NCBI GenBank assembly: GCA_017622395.1
Contig: JAGARF010000220.1
Location: 1 to 37,021 of the forward strand
Direction: 5' to 3'
DNA length: 37,021 bases
From: Clostridia bacterium
GTDB lineage: Bacteria; Bacillota; Clostridia; RGIG6154
A model generated the notes under the pieces. That model worked only from the letters and a program-made list of their open reading frames with translations, did not search any database and was not told the DNA's origin. Both the position numbers and the translations under genes were made by a program. Below, piece by piece: positions 26,236-35,604 of this stretch. Position 1 is the stretch's first letter. Every line of letters starts with the position of its first letter.

Positions 26236-26264
26236 ATTATAATATAAATTTTGCAGAATTGCAA
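26236..26264 (-). promoter_or_regulatory. Consensus sigma-A promoter for the 1634-aa beta-helix gene
   Basis: The minus strand reads TTGCAA (26259-26264), a 17-nt spacer, then TATAAT (26236-26241). An A/T-rich UP-like tract lies upstream. It implies a leader of about 155 nt before the ATG at 26073. Confidence 0.6.
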
Positions 26265-26369
26265 GAGTTTTTCTTGTTTTTTAGAAAAAATTTCGTATAA
26301 AATAGTCATTTTCCTTCTTTTACTCAAGAAAAGTAAATTACTGCCTTTTTTCCCCTTCGTTTTTTGTGT

Positions 26370-26396
26370 AAAAAAAAGAAACCGCGGAGCGGTTTC
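26370..26396 (-). terminator. Rho-independent terminator (second of two) downstream of the mutarotase-like gene
   Basis: An 8-bp stem gaaaccgc/gcggtttc (26378-26385 pairs with 26389-26396) with loop gga. On the minus strand it is followed by eight T (plus-strand A-run 26370-26377). Confidence 0.8.
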
Positions 26397-26433
26397 AGAA
26401 TTCACTGTGCACTGTGCGTTTTGCATTGTGCAC

Positions 26434-26459
26434 TAAAAAAAGCCCTACAGGGCTTTTTT
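26434..26459 (-). terminator. A/T-flanked short hairpin overlapping the stop codon of the mutarotase-like gene; bidirectional-type terminator
   Basis: The sequence is aaaaaaagccctacagggctttttt. A GCCC/GGGC core is extended by A:T pairs, and a T-run follows on the minus strand. The stop codon (26445-26447) lies inside the stem. Confidence 0.5.
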
Positions 26460-27377
26460 AATTTTTTCCATAACTTTCTCGATTTCTGCATCATCGTGAA
26501 GGTCAGGAGTTTTGATGTCTTTAAACATATACCAGGTTTCGGTAAATGTTGCTGTATCGTTATATTCTAAGGTTTCAAGCTTGCCGAGAGATTCACATTC
26601 GATAAATTTATCGTTTGTAAAGGTTTCAAAGTTCATACCGCCGTCAGGGTATTCGGCATTTTCGTCAAAATCGAAGGTTTTAACAAACATTTCGTTGTTT
26701 AAAAGGTATGCTGCATATTTTTCGCTGTTGCTGATACCGAGTTTAAATTTGTTTGTGTTGTTGCTGTCAGGTTTAATTGCAATAAATTTTTCTCCGAAGT
26801 TTACTCTCTTATCATTTAATTTGCCATAAGGCCAGATACCGATAACACCGTTTGAAACAAGACCTGTATCCTTAGTTGGCATAGGTACGATTTCAAGACC
26901 GCCGTTTTTTAATACTGTAAGTGCCCATGGTGCAAACTTAACAGGCCATGCGTTTTTGTTTGTAATTCTGTGGATAATATCTGCTTTCGGTTCATTTTCA
27001 TACATAACAATTTCGATTTCCTGCTGAGTGTTTGTAAACTCAAATAACTGTTGTTTGAAAATTCCGCCTTTTTCTGTTATTTCATACTCGATTGGCTCAT
27101 TGCAGGGGAGATATGTTCTTGGCATAGCCTCAGGTGACTGCCATAATCTGTGACCGCCGTAATTATGCCATACAGCACCCTCATAGAAAGCATTTAAGCT
27201 TTCATCATATATGCTTAACTCTTTTTCAGGGTCAAGCTTCATAAAATTCTGTCCTCCGCAGAAGCCTAAATTTAAGATGTGGGGTCCGAATGCTGTTGAA
27301 ACATCAATGTCAATAATACCGTTTGAAATTCTTACAAGCTCGCCCCAACCGCCGATTTTTTTTACTTCTATTGCCAT
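26445..27377 (-). CDS. Cytoplasmic galactose-mutarotase-like (aldose-1-epimerase fold, DUF4380-like) protein, 310 aa
   Basis: The track ORF extends to 27440, but the ATG at 27377 has an SD (agaggaag) and the upstream 21 codons overlap the promoter. There is no signal peptide. The motif WHNYGGHRLWQSPE and the overall beta-rich pattern resemble mutarotase-like DUF4380 proteins. This assignment is from memory of the family only. Confidence 0.5.
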   Translation of the reverse strand: MAIEVKKIGGWGELVRISNGIIDIDVSTAFGPHILNLGFCGGQNFMKLDPEKELSIYDESLNAFYEGAVWHNYGGHRLWQSPEAMPRTYLPCNEPIEYEITEKGGIFKQQLFEFTNTQQEIEIVMYENEPKADIIHRITNKNAWPVKFAPWALTVLKNGGLEIVPMPTKDTGLVSNGVIGIWPYGKLNDKRVNFGEKFIAIKPDSNNTNKFKLGISNSEKYAAYLLNNEMFVKTFDFDENAEYPDGGMNFETFTNDKFIECESLGKLETLEYNDTATFTETWYMFKDIKTPDLHDDAEIEKVMEKIKKAL

Positions 27378-27392
27378 TTTATTCTTCCTCTC

Positions 27393-27421
27393 TTGTTTTT
27401 TTATTAATTTTATTATATAAT
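27393..27421 (+). promoter_or_regulatory. Sigma-A promoter for the phosphofructokinase operon
   Basis: The plus strand reads TTGTTT (27393-27398), a 17-nt spacer, then TATAAT (27416-27421), 40 nt upstream of the ATG at 27461. Its -10 overlaps the -10 of the divergent promoter. Confidence 0.5.
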
Positions 27422-27440
27422 AAGGTTTGGTAAAAATCAA
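27412..27440 (-). promoter_or_regulatory. Sigma-A promoter for the mutarotase-like gene
   Basis: The minus strand reads TTGATT (27435-27440), a 17-nt spacer, then TATAAT (27412-27417). Confidence 0.55.
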
Positions 27441-27460
27441 TAAAAATCAGGAGAAAAAAG

Positions 27461-28681
27461 ATGAATTGTATTGTTGCACAGTCAGGAGGCCCTACAGCCG
27501 CAATAAATGCCACACTTGCAGGTGTTATAAAAGGTGCATTTATTAATAATTTTGACAATGTTTACGGAAGTGTTAACGGCATTGAGGGAATTTTAAATGA
27601 CAATATTGTAAGCCTTAATGTTTTTAAAGACGAAAAGAAGTTTGCACTTTTAAAGCAGACGCCGTCAGCTTTTTTAGGCTCTTGCAGACTAAAGCTTCCC
27701 GAATATACGGAAAATGAAGAAATTTTTGAAAAAATAACAGCTTTTATGCTTGAAAAAGACATTAAGTATTTTTTCTATATCGGCGGTAATGACTCTATGG
27801 ACACAGTTGCAAAATTAAACCGCTATGTGAAGGCAAAAAATATAGACATTAAATGTATGGGTGTTCCAAAAACCATTGACAACGACCTGCCTGTTACAGA
27901 CCATACCCCCGGCTTTGGCTCTGCCGCAAAATATATTGCAACCACAGTCCGCGAAATTACCTGTGACAGCAGAGTTTATGATAAGGACACCGTTACAATA
28001 GTTGAAATTATGGGAAGAAGTGCAGGCTGGCTTACAGCATCTTCTGCCCTTGCAAGAAGATATGAGGGAGACGGTCCTCACCTTATTTATCTCCCTGAAA
28101 GAGATTTTGATATTGAAAAGTTCCTTGAAGATTTAAAGGCAGTTGTTAAAAAAGAAAAGAACGCAGTTGTCTGCGTTTCAGAGGGAATTAAGGACAAAGA
28201 CGGTACATACATCTGCGAAAAAACCTCAAGCGGTCTTTTTGATACCTTCGGCCACAAATATTTAAGCGGTACTGCAAAGGCTCTTGAAGATTTGGTAAGA
28301 GAAAGACTTGGATTTAAGGTTCGCGGTGTTGAATTAAGCGTGTGCCAGAGATGTGCGGGACATATTATTTCACTTCGCGATATTGAAGAAGCTGTTTTAA
28401 TCGGTAAATCTGCAGTGGAATTTGCATTAATGGGTAAATCGGGAGAAATGGTATTTTATAAAAGAGTTTCAAACAACCCTTATAAAATCAACATTGAAAG
28501 CCACAACATTGAAGATATTGCAAACCTTGAGCAGAGAGTACCATGCAATATGATAAACAATGAGGGCAATGATGTTACAGATGATATGATTACCTACTTA
28601 AAGCCTCTTATTGAGGGAGAGTATCCTGTTGTTTATGAAAATTCTCTTCCTGAAATTATAACTCTGAGGGAAATATTATGA
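27461..28681 (+). CDS. pfp: PfkA-family phosphofructokinase, probably PPi-dependent (diphosphate--fructose-6-phosphate 1-phosphotransferase)
   Basis: AQSGGPTAAINATLAGV at the N-terminus, then IGGNDSMDT, GVPKTIDNDL, MGRSAGW. Lys in PKTIDND (Gly in ATP-dependent PfkA) is the classical PPi-PFK signature. SD aggag upstream. Confidence 0.85.
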   Translation: MNCIVAQSGGPTAAINATLAGVIKGAFINNFDNVYGSVNGIEGILNDNIVSLNVFKDEKKFALLKQTPSAFLGSCRLKLPEYTENEEIFEKITAFMLEKDIKYFFYIGGNDSMDTVAKLNRYVKAKNIDIKCMGVPKTIDNDLPVTDHTPGFGSAAKYIATTVREITCDSRVYDKDTVTIVEIMGRSAGWLTASSALARRYEGDGPHLIYLPERDFDIEKFLEDLKAVVKKEKNAVVCVSEGIKDKDGTYICEKTSSGLFDTFGHKYLSGTAKALEDLVRERLGFKVRGVELSVCQRCAGHIISLRDIEEAVLIGKSAVEFALMGKSGEMVFYKRVSNNPYKINIESHNIEDIANLEQRVPCNMINNEGNDVTDDMITYLKPLIEGEYPVVYENSLPEIITLREIL

Positions 28682-29469
28682 ATTTTTCGAGAGCAAAAAG
28701 CTATTTAATAGTTATATTTGTTATAGTAAACCTCTTTTTGATTTACCACCTTGTTTCTATGACGAAATCAGACACAATTTCTGCACAGACAGTAGAAAAC
28801 ACCATTTCAATTCTCTCAAAAAAAGAAATAAAGGTAAACAAAGAGCTTATAAAAACCACGCCTGACAGCCTTTTTTATCTTAACCTTGAAAACCCTCTTG
28901 CAGACAAAGAGGCATTTATAAATTCTCTAAGGGGAAAGGTTAATATAACAAAAGAGGGCTTTGAGTTTGTGCCTGAAAACAAAAAATTTGAGTTTAAATA
29001 CCTTCTTCCAAGCTACGATGCTGCAAGACAGGCACTTTCCCACTTGAAAGACTGCGGTTTTTCGGGAAAGTATCTTGAATGCATCGGCACACTTGATATG
29101 GGAAAGGGAGTTTACAAGGCAAGCTTTATTCAAAGCTTTGAAGGCTATGACATATATAATACAAGCATTGATATTTTCTATAAAGAGGGTGAGGTTTTAA
29201 GTGCCTCGGGAATTTACTACAACATTGACTCTTTCTCCGCACCTGAAGAAAGTATCAGGACTCAGCCTGAAATTTTAATAAGATTTTCAGGGGATATAAA
29301 GGAAAAATGTATAGTAAAATCCATAGAAAGCGGATACTTTACTCAGCCCTATGAAAACGAGTATTCAATGATTTCCGCTCTGCCCTGCTATAAAATCACA
29401 ACAGACAACGGAAATAAATATTACTACGACGCAGTTTTGTCAACACTGCTCAAAATCGATGAATTTTAA
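28678..29469 (+). CDS. Single-pass membrane protein, YycI-like (WalK-regulator-like) extracytoplasmic domain protein
   Basis: The ATG overlaps the pfp stop (ATGA). The N-terminus MNFSRAKSYLIVIFVIVNLFLIYHLV matches the characteristic YycI-family start (M-x-W/F-x-R/K-x-K-x-hydrophobic TM ending NLFL). The rest is a ~230-aa extracellular region. Confidence 0.5.
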   Translation: MNFSRAKSYLIVIFVIVNLFLIYHLVSMTKSDTISAQTVENTISILSKKEIKVNKELIKTTPDSLFYLNLENPLADKEAFINSLRGKVNITKEGFEFVPENKKFEFKYLLPSYDAARQALSHLKDCGFSGKYLECIGTLDMGKGVYKASFIQSFEGYDIYNTSIDIFYKEGEVLSASGIYYNIDSFSAPEESIRTQPEILIRFSGDIKEKCIVKSIESGYFTQPYENEYSMISALPCYKITTDNGNKYYYDAVLSTLLKIDEF

Positions 29470-29510
29470 GCCTGTAGCGAATTAATGACTTTCTGCGTAT
29501 AGGTATAATA

Positions 29511-29547
29511 AAAATACCATCTCTATAAATTAGATGGTATTTTTTTA
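29511..29547 (+). terminator. Rho-independent terminator after the pfp/yycI-like operon
   Basis: A 9-bp stem ataccatct/agatggtat (29514-29522 pairs with 29532-29540), flanked by an A-run and followed by ttttttt. Confidence 0.75.
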
Positions 29548-29554
29548 ATTTTAC

Positions 29555-29583
29555 TTGCAATTATATTTTTTTTGTGGTATAAT
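29555..29583 (+). promoter_or_regulatory. dnaA promoter (sigma-A, extended -10)
   Basis: TTGCAA (29555-29560), a 17-nt spacer, then TATAAT (29578-29583) preceded by TGg, about 50 nt upstream of the dnaA ATG. Confidence 0.6.
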
Positions 29584-29634
29584 TTATCAGTAAAAAATTG
29601 TATCTTCAGTACAGACGAAAAAGGATGAAAATAT

Positions 29635-30975
29635 ATGAAAAACAGTATACAAGTCTGGAGGGAGGTTAAGGAGCGTATCAAAAACAGCGGTGCTATATCC
29701 GAGGTGCAGTATAACACCTGGATTGATTTCATCACCGAGGCAGAATTTAAAAACAATATTCTCTATTTATGGGTGCCCAACAGTGTTGTTAAAACCGCTA
29801 TTGAAGAAAGATATGTTGACCTTATAACAACTTCAGTCTTTAAAACCACCAAAAAAGAATATATGCTGTATGTTCTTTTAACAGGGACAAAAGCTCCCGA
29901 AGAAATTGAGGTTATTGAAAAAATAAATAACCCTATAATTAAAAATGACGAAACAAAGCTTAATCCTAAATACACTTTTGAAAATTTCGTTGTAGGCAAT
30001 TCAAACAGATTTGCCCACGCTTATGCCTTATCTGTTGCAGAACAGCCGGGCGGAAGATTTAATCCCCTTTATCTTTACGGTAAATCGGGACTTGGCAAAA
30101 CACATCTTTGCCATTCTATCTGCCATTTTATGAGACAGACAAAGGAAAATACAAGAATTGTTTATGTATCCTCTGAAAAGTATACAATCGACTTTATCGC
30201 GTCGCTTCAGAACAAAACTCAGGATGTTTTCAGAGAAAAATACAGAAACCTTGATATTTTAATAGTAGACGATATTCAGTTTATTGCAGGAAAAGAATCA
30301 ACAGTTGAAGAATTTTTCCATACCTTCAACTATCTTTACGAAAACGGAAAACAGATTGTTTTAACATCTGATAAACCACCCAAGGACATTGACAATATTG
30401 ACGAAAGATTAAAACAAAGATTTGGTATGGGTTTAACTATTGATATAACTCCTCCTGATTTTGAAACAAGAGTTGCAATCCTTAAAAATAAGGCAAAAGA
30501 CCTTGATGTTTCTTTTTCTGACGAGGTTTATGTTTATATTGCGGATAATATTAAATCAAACATCAGAGAGCTTGAGGGTGCACTTAACAAATTAACTGCA
30601 TTTAAAGAAATCAACCCAAATATTATCATTAACGAAAGTACCTGTGCAGATATTTTAAAGGAAACTGTTTCCGATGAAGAAATAAACTACAGCTATGATA
30701 TTGTTAAAACTGCTGTATGCAAATACTTCCATATTACAGAAGAAGAATTAACAGGTAAAAGCAGAAGAAAGGAATATGTTGTTCCGAGACAGTATTGCTT
30801 CTACCTTTGCGAAAAGTATGTTAAAAAGGCTACTTCTATCGCAATCGGCAGAGAATTTGAAAAAGACCATTCAACCATTATTTACGGTATAAACAAAATA
30901 AAAGACGAAATCAAAAATAAAAATCAGAAAACACTTACAATTATTGAAGATATTAAAGCATTAATGCACAATTAA
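29635..30975 (+). CDS. dnaA: Chromosomal replication initiator protein DnaA
   Basis: 446 aa. N-terminal W-x-x-V...YNTWI. AAA+ Walker A GKSGLGKTHL, Walker B ILIVDDIQF, sensor NIRELEGAL. C-terminal DNA-binding helix DHSTIIYGINKI. Confidence 0.97.
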   Translation: MKNSIQVWREVKERIKNSGAISEVQYNTWIDFITEAEFKNNILYLWVPNSVVKTAIEERYVDLITTSVFKTTKKEYMLYVLLTGTKAPEEIEVIEKINNPIIKNDETKLNPKYTFENFVVGNSNRFAHAYALSVAEQPGGRFNPLYLYGKSGLGKTHLCHSICHFMRQTKENTRIVYVSSEKYTIDFIASLQNKTQDVFREKYRNLDILIVDDIQFIAGKESTVEEFFHTFNYLYENGKQIVLTSDKPPKDIDNIDERLKQRFGMGLTIDITPPDFETRVAILKNKAKDLDVSFSDEVYVYIADNIKSNIRELEGALNKLTAFKEINPNIIINESTCADILKETVSDEEINYSYDIVKTAVCKYFHITEEELTGKSRRKEYVVPRQYCFYLCEKYVKKATSIAIGREFEKDHSTIIYGINKIKDEIKNKNQKTLTIIEDIKALMHN

Positions 30976-31172
30976 TGTGGAAAAGTTAAAAACTTACTGT
31001 GGAAAATGTTGATAAAAAACACCCTGTTCATAAAAATTAAAATTTTAAACAGAGTTTTAAACAGCTTGTCCACATAAAAAATTCTTTAAAATAAAGTTTT
31101 TCTTAAGTTTTCCACATAATCAACAAGACTACTGCAAACTAATTCTATAATAATACATTTATATCATTCATT
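30976..31172. other. oriC candidate: DnaA-box cluster plus AT-rich unwinding region in the dnaA-dnaN spacer
   Basis: There are five 9-mers, each one mismatch from TTATCCACA. Three are in reverse orientation: tgtggaaaa at 30976-30984, tgtggaaaa at 30998-31006 and tgttgataa at 31007-31015. Two are in forward orientation: ttgtccaca at 31066-31074 and ttttccaca at 31108-31116. The two groups face each other across an AT-rich core containing a direct repeat ttttaaacag at 31043-31052 and 31055-31064. A further AT-rich tract runs 31117-31172. Confidence 0.75.
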
Positions 31173-31194
31173 TTTGAGAGGACGGGTGCCTATT

Positions 31195-32304
31195 ATGAAA
31201 TTTACATGTCTTAGAGAGGATATTTTAAGCGCTGTTATGAAAGCGGAAAAAGCAGTTTCTCCAAAGTCAACCCTTGCTGTTATGGAAGGTATGTTAATTG
31301 AGGCTGAAATAGACAAGGTTTATATCAGCGGTAATGACCTTGAAATTGCAATTGAAGCATCATTTCAGGCAAGAGTTGAAAGAACAGGAAGAATTGTTTT
31401 AAATTCAAGAATGTTTACAGACATTATCAGAAAAACAGGCGGAGTTGATGTAACCTTTGAGGTTGGTGAAAACTATCACACAACTATTACATCAGGACCT
31501 GCAGTATTTAAAATTGCAGGCATTAATGCTGACGAATTCCCTGATACCTACGATTTTGAAATAAGCGACAGTATTATTATAGAAAGCAAAGTTTTAAAGG
31601 ATATGATAAGACAGAGTATTTTTGCAGCAAGCAAGGATACCTTCAGACAGATTTTAACAGGTGAGCTTTTCAGAGTTCGTGATAATATTTTAAATATTGT
31701 TGCAATCGACGGCCACAGATTTGCAATCCGCCGTGAAGAGCTTATTAAATCAGGAGATGTTAAAGATTTTGTTGTTCCCCACAGAACACTTAATGAGCTT
31801 ATGAAGATTTTATCTGATGAGGGCGAAATTGAAATTTTCCCATCAAAAAAATATATTATGTTTGAATTCGGAAACTGCAAGCTTTTCTCAAGAACACTTG
31901 AAGGTGATTTCTTTGATTATGAAAATCTTGTTAAAACTGAATGTTCAATCAAATTAAAAACAAATGTAAGAGAATTAAAAAGCTCTTTTGAAAGAGTTTT
32001 ACCTATTTTGTATGAAGAAAAGAAAGCAAAAAGTCCTGTTCGTTTAACCTTATACGAAAATGAAATAACAGTTGATTGCGTAACACTTACAGGTACTGTT
32101 CACGACAGAGTTGATGTTGAAAAAATACAGGGCGGAGATATAGAAATAGGTTTTGTTAACCAATATCTTTTAGATGCTTTTTCTGCCTGTGATGATGAAG
32201 AGGTTTTTGTTGAATTTTCTACACCTTTATCACCTATGCTTTTAACTCCTGTAGAGGGCGATAAATTCTTCTACTTCATACTTCCTGTTGTACTTAAAAA
32301 ATAA
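31195..32304 (+). CDS. dnaN: DNA polymerase III beta sliding clamp
   Basis: MKFTCLREDILSAVMKAEKAVS... is colinear with Bacillus DnaN (MKFTIQKD...). The track ORF begins at a TTG (31174) with no SD, so ATG 31195 is preferred. 369 aa. Confidence 0.93.
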   Translation: MKFTCLREDILSAVMKAEKAVSPKSTLAVMEGMLIEAEIDKVYISGNDLEIAIEASFQARVERTGRIVLNSRMFTDIIRKTGGVDVTFEVGENYHTTITSGPAVFKIAGINADEFPDTYDFEISDSIIIESKVLKDMIRQSIFAASKDTFRQILTGELFRVRDNILNIVAIDGHRFAIRREELIKSGDVKDFVVPHRTLNELMKILSDEGEIEIFPSKKYIMFEFGNCKLFSRTLEGDFFDYENLVKTECSIKLKTNVRELKSSFERVLPILYEEKKAKSPVRLTLYENEITVDCVTLTGTVHDRVDVEKIQGGDIEIGFVNQYLLDAFSACDDEEVFVEFSTPLSPMLLTPVEGDKFFYFILPVVLKK

Positions 32305-32580
32305 TGTATATTTATTTAAGCAACGGATATGTTTTGGACGAAAAGGATATTTTAATTCTTTCTGATTTTGACAGGGTTACAAGAACCTCAACTTCAAAGG
32401 ATTTTATTAACAGACAGCTTAAAAATAATGAGGCTGTGATTATATCAGAGGTTCGTGACTGTAAAACATTTGTGTTGTCTGTTGATAAAAACGGAAAGGA
32501 AATTCCTTACTTTTCACCGCTTAACTATAATTTAATTGTTAAAAACAATGTTAAAGGCGATTTTTTCGACGGAGAAGATT

Positions 32581-32606
<26 letters not shown>
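32304..32606 (+). CDS. RemB/YaaB-like DUF370 small protein
   Basis: MYIYLSNGYVLDEKDILILSDFD...YFSPLNYNLIVK parallels B. subtilis RemB (MYIHLGDDFVVSTRDIVGIFDF...YYSPLSSSTLKK, recalled from memory). Its start overlaps the dnaN stop (TAATG). Confidence 0.6.
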
Positions 32607-35590
<2,984 letters not shown>

Positions 35591-35604
35591 GGAGGTGGAG
35601 CACG

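Noticed and set aside
26178-26343. Imperfect inverted repeat (ctgtaattacttga at ~26178-26191 versus the reverse complement of aagtaaattactgcc at ~26329-26343) flanking the consensus promoter. It was considered as a possible invertible promoter (inverton) for phase-variable expression of the surface array.
   Set aside because: The repeat is short, AT-rich and interrupted by an indel. Such matches are expected by chance in AT-rich DNA. No invertase or recombinase gene is in the window. It would only be worth revisiting if read pairs show both orientations.
12220-26433. The pentamer CTGTG/CACAG recurs in several hairpins or elements (12327-12352, 21118-21155, 26403-26433, and the leader at ~12220-12230). 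It was considered as a shared REP-like family.
   Set aside because: Only 5 nt are shared and the surrounding stems are unrelated in sequence and length. This is insufficient to claim a repeat family without a genome-wide count.
26184-26570. Small ORFs in or around the 26113-26444 intergenic region (26184-26426 minus, 26251-26436 plus, 26364-26570 plus).
   Set aside because: They span the predicted promoter, both terminator hairpins and A/T homopolymer runs. Their translations are K, F and L-rich junk, and no SD is present. The region is better explained as regulatory or intergenic DNA.
29470-29634. Possible second DnaA-box cluster upstream of dnaA (for example tgtggtata at ~29574-29582).
   Set aside because: The best candidate has three mismatches to TGTGGATAA and coincides with the extended -10 of the dnaA promoter. 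No other box-like 9-mers occur in this spacer.
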